The notes beneath the pieces are model-generated. The model did no database searches. It saw only the letters and a list, made by a program, of their open reading frames with translations, and had not been told where the DNA came from. Positions 26,880 to 40,227 of a DNA stretch of 64,000 nt are shown here, in pieces (position 1 is the stretch's first letter; every line of letters starts with the position of its first letter). The stretch lies in the NCBI RefSeq assembly GCF_006345805.1, contig NC_043007.1, positions 27,094,001 to 27,158,000 of the forward strand, given 5' to 3'. The DNA is from Octopus sinensis. Taxonomy: Eukaryota. A program made the position numbers and the translations under genes.

Positions 26880-27456
26880 CATTTTTAGGGAGAGTGTTAG
26901 TCAAATACATCGATCTCAATGCTCAACGGGTACTTATTTTATTGACCTCAAAAGGGGCAGTATTGATGTCGACGGAATTTGAGCTCAGGACGTAAAAACG
27001 GACGAGATGCAGTCAAGCATTTTGCTCAGCATGCTAACGATTCACGCAGCTCGTCATCTCACTGCATTGTATGTTAAAGACACTTAACATTATAGTTCAT
27101 TTAGGACACATGTATTGAAGATTCGTTGATATTTTTGTTGTTGTTGTTCTTCCAACGCCATTAGCCACAACGAATAATCTCGAATTCGACCCTGTGTGGC
27201 AACTTGAAGATCCAACTACCACAAGCGCCACATTAGACGTTTATATACTGACCCAAAATGAAGGAAAATTCTTGTCTTGGGGAGGGGGCCAGTCGATTAG
27301 ATCGACCCCAGTACGCAGCTGGTACTTAATTTATCGACCCCGAACAGATGTAAGGCAAAGTCGACCTCGGTGGAATTTGAACTCAGAACGTAAAGACAGG
27401 AAATACAGCTAAACATTTCGCCCGGCGTGGTAACGTTTCTGCCAGTTCGCCGCCTT
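26880..27456 (-). mobile_element. Two SINE family A copies (26880-27060 and 27278-27456)
   Basis: Reverse complement of family A; the second ends ttctgccagttcgccgcctt. Confidence 0.75.
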
Positions 27457-28483
27457 CGAATGAAGGAAAATTACAAAAAGACCTCAGTTTGATATGAACG
27501 CGGAACGTAAAAATACCGCGAAAAACAGCGATAAAAATGAATCCTCGAACACGTCACCTTCTTTTAGTCACAAACTTCCATGTAAGAGAAGAAAGCTAGC
27601 ATTGGACTATATACCCATTACTGTGTGTGTCTGTGTGTGTGTGTATGTGCGTGTGTCTGTCTGTGCTGATAAGTGTGTGCGTATACACACACACACATAT
27701 ATGTACTTACATATGAGCGTATGTATACATGCATACACACAGATACATACGCACAAATACATATAAGCATGTATGTGTCTGTGTATGTGTGTGTCAAAGA
27801 TATGACTATATTGTGAAGAATGACTTTGATCATAGGTCTGCTCTCTCAGGAACCATTCTATAACAAACAATAATAAATATACGAACATCTTCATATCTCC
27901 GAAAGGGAACGACGCCTTAACAACAATCGAACACTTTTGCTAATCCGCAAAACAAAGAAGCAAGGCCACACACATACACAGACATTCCCACGCACACAAA
28001 CACACATGTAGATATATAGAGGTATATATATATACATGCGGACGAACACACATATTCTGTTTTTCTTTCTTTCTTGAGGTCTTCAAGTGGCGAGATTGTA
28101 CTTATTTGATGGATCATCTTTTCGGCTCAGTGGATTGATCCGGAACGAGTGAAGTGGTCTTTTTAAGGAGATTGTCCATCCCGCGAGATATGGGATATTT
28201 CATTCCTCAAAAGTACTTCAGTTGCGACTTTGATGTCATAGCGACTTCAATTACTGGAAAATCTTGATTTTCATTCATTAAAAAACACTCTCACTTATTA
28301 ATTAATATTCTGGAGTAGATACGAAAGGACTGAAAAATGGATTACTCTATATCTTAGCGAGATATAGCAGCAACATCTCCCTCAAATAATTTATACGTCC
28401 ATTAAAAAAATTAAGGACACTTTGTCCGAAAAATAAAGGAAATAATGTAATCAGGAAAGGATCGAGAACAACAGCAACGGGTA

Positions 28484-28812
28484 GAGGCGCAATGGCCCGG
28501 TGCAGCGGACTCGCGGTCGTAAGAACGCGGTTTCGATTCACAGACCGGGCATTGTAAGTATTTATTGAGCAAAACACCTAATTTTCATGAGGGTCCGGCG
28601 TTGGTGGGAGAGTGAGCCTCTCTGTACTCTTTCACCACAATTTTCTCTCACTCTTTCTTCCTTCTTCTGACACAAAGCAGAGGAACCATGGTGTAACCCA
28701 CTATGGTGTGCTAAACTGCCAGGCCCTAGTCTAGATTGCAAATCCTCTGTACCCCAGGATGGTTCAGCTCTCCACCTGTTAAAAGCCACCGTTTACGGAC
28801 TGAGGATAACAA
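28484..28812 (+). mobile_element. SINE family E with tail type 1
   Basis: gaggcgcaatggccc..gcagcggactcgcggtcgtaagaacgcggtttcgattc head shared with 40702 and 60431. Confidence 0.75.
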
Positions 28813-29753
28813 CGTAAACATACACACATGCATATAATCATAGCAACACACTCATACATACATCCCCACACACACACTTAAACACGCACACACACACTCA
28901 CACTCACACACGCGCATATACACACTCAAACTCACTCAAACACGCACACACAGACTGACACACACATACACACACACACACATCATACACAGACATTTAC
29001 ACACACACAGTTACACACATCCTACACACAGAGTCACACAGACACACACCCATTATACACAGACAGTCACACACACACACACACACACGCGAATATCTAT
29101 AACTATCGCCAAACCTGAATGAAAAGTAATTCCGTTGTATTTTATTTATCTCAATCATAACTTCCATACGTGTCCTTCCTTTCCAGGCTATAATTTGGCT
29201 GCTAGTTCTTGCAAGCTGATGAACATATTACAGGCTTTATTACTGACACATTTTAGGCGTTGTGAGGTAGCCCCCAATTCGATCCTACTTCATCTGACCA
29301 ATGATCAAAAGTGACCCAGCTGCGACCATCTTTTAGTTTTGTATATCATATTTTATTCACACCTGCAATTCGAGGGTGATTTACTGTTTGTTATATTTAT
29401 CAAGTCGAACAATAACCTACAGGGTCCATTCATTTACATAGTTATGTGACATGGAGAGAAGATAGATGATGGAACAATGGTACATTTATATTCAGTGGAT
29501 GCGACCAGTGGCTACGCATAACATCACTTAATGTACTGTTCTAGTCTATCTCTAATATAGAGAAGTACTAAACGTTATGCGGACCGCAGCACTGAAAAAC
29601 CGAATAATTATTAACCTTCCGTGAACTATGAGTTGCTGAGTACAAATAATTGAATAGATTTAGAAAATACAATGACAAACCACTCCAGTACACCGCCACA
29701 TGGTATATTTCCAATCGATTTTGTCTGGTTTTTGATATATGAATATAATATAA

Positions 29754-29854
<101 letters not shown>

Positions 29855-29861
29855 TAATATA

Positions 29862-29913
<52 letters not shown>

Positions 29914-29961
29914 GCATATATATATATGTGTATATATATATATATATATATGTATATATGC

Positions 29962-30033
<72 letters not shown>

Positions 30034-30640
30034 ATGTATATATTTATGTATGTATAATATATGATGATAACATAAGCAGAAACAGACACAAACATAAGTA
30101 CAGGGACGTTTAAGTACACAATCACGCGTAAGTACTGGCATACGCTCAGTTTGATATCAAAATGGCGGCTATTTCATTTGTTCACATCCCATCGTCTTCA
30201 CCAAGATGTTGTAACATCTCTTGAAAGACTACGAACAAAAATATGTTTGCATAGTTTGATGAATAAAAGAACACAACAGGGTATTTTTCCTGGAAACGTT
30301 TGTCTGTCGGAACTTTTAGTTATTCGCATAAATTTTGTTTTATTTATTTATTTATTATTTTTTCTCGAAGTTTCTAATTCTGAACCTAAAATAATCGATT
30401 ATACTGTAATTTTCGGAGGTTTTTACACGCCTTGCCATTATGATATCCGCCGTATTTCTCGTGTAATTCTTTCTCGATGTAAATAATTGAAAGATGTCCT
30501 CTATAATTCATGATGATTTCCAAGTTAGGAGAAGGAAGAGAATTTATTTCTTCGTTGGAAAAGAATATTCATGATGAATTATTATATCCAATGAAAGTTG
30601 TTCCTAAATACATACACACATGCATATATATATGTGCTTG

Positions 30641-30704
<64 letters not shown>

Positions 30705-30757
30705 ATATATTATATATGTATATACATATTATACATATGTAAATATATCTGTATGTA

Positions 30758-30795
<38 letters not shown>

Positions 30796-30948
30796 CAGCA
30801 TTATTAAATCTCAGAGCGAGATGTAAACAGTAACCGCTCGACATATTCCGATTCTGATTGAGATGGCTTTTATACTTTATATATATATGCACACATACTG
30901 CATACATAATACATATATTCGTAGATAGATACACACATACATGTGCCA

Positions 30949-30979
<31 letters not shown>

Positions 30980-31410
30980 TGTATGTATGTATGTATGTAT
31001 GTATGTATGTATGTATCTATCTATCTATTTAAATATCTATCTGTCTCTCTGTCCCTATTAGGTGGAGTCAATGATATCGTTCATTCTTCTGTTCTTGAAA
31101 TACTTACCGGCAGAGGTGGGCACGTAATTATACGCCATTACGCCGAGAGTTGAAAAACTAAAAAAAGTCATCGCTATCGAATTTAAAGTCAAAAGTCAAA
31201 TATGGTAACCTAACTAATAAACTGATACTTGTATTTCTCTCGCACACTAATTCCAACAAGAGACCATGGATAATAATCCAGAATGAATTTCTATAAAATT
31301 TTAAGAACACGTGATTGTGAACACCTGAAACAGCTGTAGTATTCGTGGACGGATGAGATTTCTGCGCTTAGTAACTATTTCGTGTAGTTAGTATTCATCC
31401 ATTACAGCGA

Positions 31411-31487
<77 letters not shown>

Positions 31488-31497
31488 ATTATTATTA

Positions 31498-31691
31498 TTC
31501 AGGTTACTGCTTGGAATCGAAATCGGAATCGTGGGAATACTAGCCCGCGCTCTTAACCACTATGCCTTATTCCCACGGGAATATGACGTAGTGATTAAGA
31601 GCGTGAGCTACTAACCACAAGGGCACATGGAATACTGGTCAAGAGCGCGGGCTACTAACCCTAAGATTCCGAGTTCGATTCCAAGCAGTGA

Positions 31692-31697
<6 letters not shown>
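31498..31697. mobile_element. Divergent pair of tRNA-like (family F) modules
   Basis: 31498-31566 minus, 31572-31616 partial plus and 31617-31697 plus; GTGGTTAAGAGCGCGGGCTACTAACCC..GAGTTCGATTCC; (AAT)n tails point outward. Confidence 0.75.
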
Positions 31698-31761
<64 letters not shown>

Positions 31762-31762
31762 T

Positions 31763-32397
31763 GCTCTGATGCAGTACCAGGTAAATACCCTGATGCAGTA
31801 CCAGGTAATTGCCCTGATGCAGTACCAAGCATTGCCCTGATGCAGTACCAGGTAATTGTCCTGATGCAGTACCAGGCAGTGGCTCTCATGGCTTCTGATC
31901 TTAACTGATTGGAAGTGTTATCATGTACACTGTTTTGTCTTGGTATAAAAGATGGGCTACAGCAAATATTCTGCTCAATACCACAGATTTGCTTGTCAGC
32001 TGTTTGACCTTAACCAGTTGAGCATGTCCCTTAGTGGCTGACGATATGTGCATCTCTGATCACGAGCAGAAGTAGTGGGGGAGCATCATAGCCATGTGTT
32101 GAGAGGGATTCTTTGGGGTTTGAATAATTCACATCTGGAAACATGGGTGGTTCTTTCAACATCCTTAAACAACCCTTATTCAGGGACCTTTTGAGCGGGA
32201 TGGGCTACTCAACCTGAAGAAAATTCTAACTGGGCCCCACCTGCAAGGTCATGTGCTGTTTATCTTGATATGAGATCACCATGTCGCGCACATATGGTTG
32301 TGATGCATGTGCCTGGTGTACCCTTATCAGACGGATAGTCATGATGGGTATATTTTACCCCAGTATCACTTTGATGGCATGAACTGCTCTCTCACTC
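31763..32397. mobile_element. About 550-bp unclassified element embedded in (AAT)n, with five tandem copies of one end
   Basis: 31858-32397 is colinear with 52714-53267; 23-24-bp unit CCCTGATGCAGTACCAGG at 31763, 31787, 31811, 31834 and 31858. Confidence 0.85.
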
Positions 32398-32465
<68 letters not shown>

Positions 32466-32520
32466 CAACAATATCGAAAAATACCTTAGGCATGAGAACC
32501 CAAGTTCGAAATTTTCTCAA

Positions 32521-32566
32521 GACACCTGATGAATGCTGGAGGGTGTATCAACCGAAAAGGTATGTT
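32521..32566 (+). ncRNA. Hammerhead-like motif HH-B copy 1 (intact core, decayed stems)
   Basis: GACAC-CTGATGA-A-TGCTG(loop)CAACC-GAAA-AGGTA-TGTT within the 140-bp module also found at 53776-53930. Confidence 0.5.
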
Positions 32567-33059
32567 AACAACAAAGAAGATGAAGACAAATATCCGTCAA
32601 ACGTAAATAATGTACAGGTAGCGTATTAGATTTTCCGGAACATCTGAATCCAAATTTTCTCCAGAGTACTGATTTTTTCCGATCCATGGATGGCCACCTT
32701 GACCAAGATACATTGAAACAAGTACTAGATCTAACTAAATGTAATTCTGTTGCTTATCCATTACTATACATAATACAAGTTTATTAATGCTGTACCGTTA
32801 TGCAAGATACCGGCAGGCTACTTTGGAGACTGTAGGAATTTGAGACCCATGCTTGTAAATGATTTCGGATCATAAGACGTGTCTGACCATCAGCATCTGG
32901 AAAGCATGTTATTGTGCCCGTTCTAAAGTTAATGTGGTTGAATATACGAGCGAAGTTTTCAGATTTTAGTTTTCCTAAGGCCGAAGCCAAAATCTCTACA
33001 TTTCTATACTGCAGCACTACCAATAAATTAAAATTCCTCCAATATATATATATTGCGTA

Positions 33060-33484
33060 TAAGGCGGCTAGCTAGCAGAATCGGTAGCACGTCGGGCGAA
33101 ATGCTTAGCGGTATTTCGGCTGCCGTTACGTTGTGAGTTCAAATTCCGCCGAGGTCGACTTTGCCTTTCATCCTTTCGGGGTCGATAAATTAAGTACCAG
33201 TTAAGCACTGGGGTCGATATAATCGACTTAATACCTATGTCTGTCCATGTTTGTCTCCTCTATGTTTAGCCCCTTGTGGGTAATAAAGAAATAGATATTT
33301 CGTCTGTCGTTACGTTCTGAGTTCAAATTCCGACGAGGTCGACTTTACCTTTCATCCTTTCGGGGTCGATAAATAAAGTACCAGTTTCGCACTGGGAGGG
33401 GGGATTCAAGGTAATCGACTTAATCCCTTTGCCTGTCCTTGTTTGTCCCCTCTATGTTTAGCCCCTTGTGGGCAATAAAGAAAT
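33060..33484 (+). mobile_element. SINE family A, head plus two internal units
   Basis: aaggcggctagctagcagaatcgg head; second unit starts at about 33295. Confidence 0.85.
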
Positions 33485-34094
33485 ATATATTACTTATTGG
33501 AGTAAATATTTTGATAATTTCTTTTTTCATTATCACTTTCAACATTTGTCTAATTTTATATATTAGCTATAAGAGAAAAATCTTTTGACAACATTTTTCT
33601 AACATCCCTTTTGAGACATCTCGTTCGGTTTGAACTTAGTACAATAACCCAAGTTTTTTTCGATATTTTTGTTGTTGTTGATCTTGCCGATGTTATTGTT
33701 ACAGTTTTAGAATTATTCGCAGTTATTATTGTTAGTAACAATACAGCTACATTTTTTAATCGTCGGCAGTATTGTTTTGACAATGTCGGTGCAAATCTTT
33801 TTCTATGGCTCTCTCTTATTCCGAGCGATTGTTGTATATGTCGATAGTTCCCCGTCTATAACATATATACTACTTTTCTTTTATAATTCGTTTAATTTTT
33901 TTTTGGCTATTTCCTTTTCTTTCTTATTCCCATCAGATTTTTCTTCTCACCCTTTTCTTAATTTCTGATTTATTTTCAACATTTCCACATTTCATCCTCC
34001 GTGTTTTTTCTTTTCTTCTGATTTTTATCTTTAGTTATGTAATTTTCTGAATTTATTTTTTTTTTATCATTATAGTCTTTTTGTCTGCTACGCT

Positions 34095-34237
34095 ACATCA
34101 TCATCATCATTGTCATCATAATCATCATCATCATTATCATCATCATCGTCATCGTCATCGTCTTCTTCTTCTGCTAAAATTTTGCGTTATGTTTCATCCA
34201 GTACAATTATTATTATTATTATTATTACTATTATTAA

Positions 34238-34300
<63 letters not shown>

Positions 34301-34456
34301 CATCACCATCATCATCGTCATCATCATCATCGTCATTATCATCATCATCGTCGTCATCAGCATCATCAACATCATCATCATTATAATAATAATAATATAT
34401 AATAATAATTATTATTATTATTTATTATTATTATTATAACTATTACTATTCTTCTT

Positions 34457-34487
<31 letters not shown>

Positions 34488-34499
34488 TTATTATTATTA

Positions 34500-34546
<47 letters not shown>

Positions 34547-34560
34547 CATTATTATTATTT
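34095..34560. repeat. (CAT)n/(ATT)n/(TTC)n compound array
   Basis: Direct reading. Confidence 0.95.
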
Positions 34561-34815
34561 AAATTATCAGATCTAAGAAAACATAATTTAAAATATCATT
34601 ATCATTATCCACATTGCGATAGCAACAATATAGAAAAAAATGGGAATGTTTTCCATTATATTTTTACTATTATCATTAATATTTCAGATTAGAGACCGTT
34701 TTTTGCTTCTATTTTCCTTACCAAGAGTGACAGACAACGATATTCTCCAACTGAAAACACACCAAATCATACCAAGAGCTTAATATTAAATGTATTTTTG
34801 CATAAAACTTTAACG

Positions 34816-34855
<40 letters not shown>

Positions 34856-35179
34856 TCATATATACATGAGAAAGAGTGTGAGATACACTTATTTTCCGAA
34901 AGAATTGTGAATTATGATATAAATAGAAACATACACACCCTCACAAACACACACCCATATATATGTATATGTATACATACATATGCATATACATAGCCAC
35001 ATATATATGAGTATGTGTACATGCATTTGTATGTATATATATGTGTGTGTGTGTGCATGGATATGTATGTGTTGTATATGAATATATATATACATACATA
35101 AATATATATACACATATATATATATACAGATATATATGTATATATATGGATATATATATATGGATATTATATATATGGA

Positions 35180-35211
<32 letters not shown>

Positions 35212-35220
<9 letters not shown>

Positions 35221-35459
35221 ATTGGTGAATTGAAGAAATGGAGCTGAACGCAGATTGAACAGAAATCTGTTCATCTGCGTTCAGCTCCATTTCTTCAATT
35301 CACCAATAATGTTTTAATTTCAATTATCCGCACCAACGCACGGTTGCAACGCCAGATGGTTGTACCTCCAACCGTGCTGTTCACTGCTGTGATTTTTGCT
35401 ACTAAGGTATCGGTTAAACTTTTGATTAATCCACTACAAGATTATTCATCTTTCTATTT

Positions 35460-35460
<1 letters not shown>
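35212..35460. mobile_element. Foldback insertion of the same family as 12842-13257
   Basis: 35212-35316 is a near-perfect hairpin (about 51-bp stem, one bulge); 35265-35460 is homologous to the reverse complement of 12842-13030; flanked by (TA)n. Confidence 0.75.
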
Positions 35461-35515
<55 letters not shown>

Positions 35516-35672
35516 TGTGTGTGCGCGTATACATATGTATATGTGATAATATATATATATATATATGTATATATATATTATATTACATTGTATTGGGGGA
35601 AAATCAAAACCAAGACAGAATGTGTATTTCAAGTCATTTAGATTAATTTAATTAAGGTAAGATGAAATTGAA

Positions 35673-35736
35673 GACTTACAGCTGTTACATTGCTTGTTTA
35701 GCATACCCATACCCTGGGTATACCGTCATCAGAGAC
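35673..35736 (-). ncRNA. Disrupted hammerhead-like motif HH-F
   Basis: Minus strand GTCT-CTGATGA-C-GGTATACCC(loop)GGGTATGCT-[13-nt insertion replacing GA]-AACAGCTGTA-AGTC; palindromic ACAGCTGT stem III. Confidence 0.45.
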
Positions 35737-35849
35737 AAGATATGGAAATTTTAGACGGGGAAAATTTATATGTATACATGAATGTTCTAAACTATGATTG
35801 CGTTATGTTAAAAGAGATTATGAAACTGTGATTGGAAGTGTCCGAAAAG

Positions 35850-36190
35850 GAGGAAACAGCCACACAAATAGCCGAATCTCAATTTAAACGTATATTTTAG
35901 AAACATGATGATATTTTTCTTGAGAGAGGTACTTTTGCAAAGACACTCGAAAACAAAAGACTTTATACGTTAACAATCTCTTGAAGCAGATGGATATAGT
36001 TTATGGTTTGAGGATCAGGAAATTTAACAGGAAACTCTTGAAATTGGAAGTAGCTACTGACAATATGCTTCCAAATGTCCATGACACCGCAAGTTGTTAT
36101 GGTGTCAGATTATACTGAAATTACCTGAGAATATCCGTGTAACCGTTTCTGTGAACGTCTCCGCACCGGAAGTCATTCGCAGAAATATTT
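35850..36190 (-). pseudogene. Possible very degenerate Penelope-like GIY-YIG endonuclease remnant
   Basis: Broken frames give CG..ET, GHLEAYC and YKVF...LSQEKY, upstream of HH-F in the expected order; the match is weak. Confidence 0.3.
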
Positions 36191-36761
36191 AATTTAATTG
36201 CTCAAGACAATAATGAACTTCAGAAATTTGTTGGCTATGAGCAAGGTACAAATTAAAGGAAGTAACAATTGTCTGAAGTGTTTAAGATGTAATTAAAATC
36301 TAAATTAATTACCTAATGTAATTAGAATTATACTTCTCGTATTTGTTCCAGCTGTTGGCTTCGCATTCAGCAATAAGTCATTGAGCTTAGAAGATCTGAA
36401 GATGATGAGGCCAACGCTTAAGAGGTAATATATAAAAGAGTATCATCTATATGTATGTGTGTGTGGGATTATGTGCGACGTAAGCCGTATCGGTACCGAA
36501 AAGAATACTGGATAACGTACCTAATGTCGATATACTAATAGAAAGTCACAGATTTACGATACTCTCTTGGATAAGCACCTTGTAGAGACATATAGAGCCC
36601 CAAATCCACAAACTATCAACCCCAGACAAAAGTCTTCAGCTTTGGCGGTGGCGGTGGGATGGCTAGAACACGTGAATTATGTGTATCTTCGAGAAATCGG
36701 TGGGAATTATTATTTACCTACCGCATGCCTAGATGACAAATTCGTCGCTAATAACCGGACC

Positions 36762-37046
36762 TAATCCTCGGGAGCGTATTCCTCACCGCGAGGAGAGTGG
36801 ATAACTGTGGCATGCTCTGTTCCCTCGGTTCCTCTCGTACTGGGCGGGATTAGTTCGCCGCTGTTCGGAAATGATCGATGGGCCACACTTTCGCGGTCCT
36901 TATTCGTGCTGAAAATCGAGATCGAGCGAGCTTTCGCCTTTTTGCTCGGCGTTTGGTTTCCGTCCACGCTGAGCTCGCCTTGGGACACCTGCGTTACCAT
37001 TTGACAGACGTACCGCTCTAGTCAAACTCCCCGACCGACACTGTTC
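36762..37046 (-). pseudogene. 28S rRNA fragment with an internal deletion
   Basis: Minus strand GGGGAGTTTGACTAGAGCGGTAC...AAAGCTCGCTCGATCTCGATTTTCAG, then a jump to the sarcin-ricin loop AGTACGAGAGGAACCG (36826-36841). Confidence 0.9.
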
Positions 37047-38479
37047 GCGGCTAATAATCCAGCTCGACATCTGTTTGCGATACCAGAGACTGTCTAATCA
37101 CATTTACTCTATATCACATATTAAGAGATAGAATTTCTCTTAGCACGTGGTTGATAGTGGGTACTTCCTGACAATGATGCGTAAATACACAGAAATCCCG
37201 GAATCTGGCAACTCTACCTCCGCTGCGCTACCGGACACTTTTTATCCGCTGCGGATACTTTGGTTCTTTTTACCACTACAAGTTATAGGAGATTCCTCCT
37301 CAAAACAAATACCAGGTTTTACTAACACACAGATTGCTCTCTCTGTCTCTGTCTCTCTTGCTATTAAACTACCTATCTGTCTACATGTGTGTATATATAT
37401 ACAGGGTTTGAACAAAATAATGGAAAAACCTTAAAATTTCAAACATATTAATTTTAATATGGGGTAGGACTGCCTTTGGCAGTAATTACAGCTTGGATTC
37501 TACGAAGTATGGACTCGTACAAAGTTTGAATTGTTTCCAAAGGAACTTTTGTCTATTCTTCGGCTAAAATAGGCTCCATTTCTTGTAGTGATGATGGGTG
37601 AGGATATCAACTCCTTACTTGTTTTTCTAAAATGCACCATAAACGTTCAATAATATTGAAATCTGGGGACTGTGGTGGCCAGATAAGATGTTCAACTTCA
37701 CTAGAATGTTCCTCGTACTAAGCTGCGGAGGTGTAAACCCATTAACACCGGTTGTCAAGCATTGGTAGGGGAGAAGCATATAAAGATACCCCCCACATAT
37801 ATACATGTACACACCCCTACACTCATATGTACATATATGTATTCATACGTATATTTTCTTTCTGTTTCCGTCTACAAAGTCCACACAAGGCTTGTGTGAG
37901 TACGTATATATGTATTGTATGTAAGTCATGACAGCTCTTCGTGAAAGAGAAACAACAGGAACAGACAGAATGGCGACGTTGTGAGACACGTATAGTAGAT
38001 AGAATGACACGTACTTCATGGAAGCGAAAGAGATCGGGAACAGACACAATTCTATGAAAATACCATCATCATCATCATCAACAGCAGCAGCAGCAGACAC
38101 AATGCTTAGCCAGAAAAAAAAGTGACAATTCATGCAGAGATTACAAGGAATGGTAATGATGGTGGCTGTTGGTATGAATGATATTAGACACAAGGAAATA
38201 TATGGAAGAACCTGAAAGTGAAGAATAATAAAGTGCCCTGAGGAACTCTCGCTTAATCAGTATGAATAAGAAAATATGTAGCGTTAAGTCTTTAACAGCT
38301 TAGCTTAGTTAAAGAAAACAAACATGATTAGTTGAGCTACAGCTTGAATTCCAGGAATATCTGCTACATCATTAAAGTAAGAGAGCAAAATGGTAGAAAA
38401 ATGATGCATGGAACATGTTGTATAGTATAAAAGTCCAAGCATACACCCGCTATTCAAAGATAGCTGTATATTAGTTTCA

Positions 38480-38750
38480 ATCTAGATGGATATCAGTTGT
38501 TGGAAATAGTTATATTAAATATCCTGATGATATAATGCTTGAATTAACGGTAAGCGTAGGTAAAAGAATATGTAGAAATAATTAACAGATTTGATATGAT
38601 ATAACAGTAAATAGGAAAGGAAAGAAACTGGTGAATATGCGAAGGCAAAAGAGCTAGACCGTCATATTCACGATGGCATGCATGAAATCACAAGTATGTA
38701 AATAAAAAAAAAATCGAGAATTAGAAGAGCATTCGTAGTGTAGAAATTAA
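38480..38750 (+). pseudogene. Ancient RTE-like reverse transcriptase remnant
   Basis: ISVVGNSYIKYPDDIML resembles (I/N)RYADD..L; little else survives. Confidence 0.3.
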
Positions 38751-38849
38751 GAGTTCCTGTACATGATATATGGTGGTGATACCTGTCTAAAGTTTTCTCT
38801 ATTTTTTGCAAACAAAACAGAGAAAAGTCTTTCAATACTGCACTAATTC

Positions 38850-39240
38850 AAGGCGGCAAGCTGGCAGAATCGTTAGCACGCCGGGCGAAATCCATAGCGG
38901 TATTTCGTCTGCCCCTACGTTCTGAGTTCAAATTCCGCTGAGGTTGACTTTGCCTTTCATCCTTTCGGGGTCGATTAAATAAGTACCAGTTACGCACTGG
39001 GGTCGATATAATCGACTTAATTCGTTTGTTTGTCCTTGTTTGTCCTCTCTGTGTTTAGCCCCTTGTAGGTAGTAAAGAAATAGGTATTTCGTCTCTCTTT
39101 ACGTTCTGAATTCAAATTCCGCCGAGATCGACTTTGCCTTTCATCGGGGTCGATAAATTCAGTACCAGTTGCGTACTGGGGTCGATATAATCGACTGGCC
39201 CCCAAAATTTCGGGCCCTGTGTCTAGACTAGAAAAGAATA
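38850..39240 (+). mobile_element. SINE family A, dimeric
   Basis: Head aggcggcaagctggcagaatcg; first unit ends with tail 1 and second with tail 2, as at 1431-1829. Confidence 0.85.
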
Positions 39241-40227
39241 TTGCACTAATTTGTTTTCACTCTTCAAGCGCAACGATTCGATATTTACAAACATGTTGTT
39301 CTGTTGCTGAATGTAGAAAAAAAATTACTATAATTAATTACTAAGATTGGGGGAAGATATTGGCAGACATTAGTGCTTTACTAAGTTCAACTTTAGTATT
39401 TGAAGATCTGATTTGCCAACGAATGCTAAGAATGAAATTTTAGAGGTAGCGCTACCAACCGATGTGGACCTACGCTTTTGATAATTTCATCCTTGGCATT
39501 TGACGAGCTCTGCTTCCAATCAATGTCAACCATGGCATTCGGCAGATCGTACGGACGACCAGCATGAAGCTTGACATTTCATAGGCTGTAGAATCATCTG
39601 ATTAAGATTGAAACGCAAGCCAAAACTGTAAATATCATCAGAACTCTGTCCCGGTGGAGAAACATAAAGATTACATATCGAAGAAGCCATACAGCGGGGA
39701 AGAACATTTCTCACTCGATCCTGAGAACGAAACAAGGCGTCAGAGTTTGCTGAAGTAAGCACAATATTTCTATAAAATAGGATAATGTCTGTAAAATTAA
39801 GTGTATTTTGTATTTTCTGAAATAATGCGAAATTTTGTAAAGTTTATATGGAGACAAAGTCACATAACGAAAATGATCTGCATACAAGTCGCACACGATT
39901 TCGAATCCTTCGAGGAATAAGATCCGTGATATTCAGTTAACCATGGAGCTGTTATGCCTGAATTCCTATGTAACGTTTGTACAGAGGATGACTAAAAGAC
40001 TACGTAACTTTAGGATAGAGACTGATCGCTAAGAAGTACATAATAAGTCTTACATAATTTTGTACGGATTGAGCATAAAGGTGAAGGAAACTACGCTGAC
40101 TTTGTCATGGAATTAAAACTATTCGGGCGGTTAAGGAATGCATTCACCAAAACAGGTTTTTGTAATTGATGCTGCAAAAATGGCACAAAACTAATTCAGT
40201 ACAGACAATGATGGAGTCACTTTCCAG

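Noticed and set aside
28080-28480. Unique-looking sequence as possible exons
   Set aside because: Short open frames, no recognisable motif, unconvincing splice signals
31617-31697. Family F and SINE heads as genuine tRNA genes
   Set aside because: No complete acceptor stem, multicopy, diverged and followed by repeat tails
31763-31876. CRISPR-like array
   Set aside because: Units are contiguous with only 5-6 nt of variable sequence and the context is eukaryotic; it is a duplicated element end
36762-37046. Functional rRNA locus
   Set aside because: Short, diverged and internally deleted, with no 18S/5.8S context
39610-39754. Open frame ending at a good donor (GAA|gtaagc)
   Set aside because: No credible acceptor that keeps the frame open, and no recognisable protein; cannot be excluded without RNA-seq
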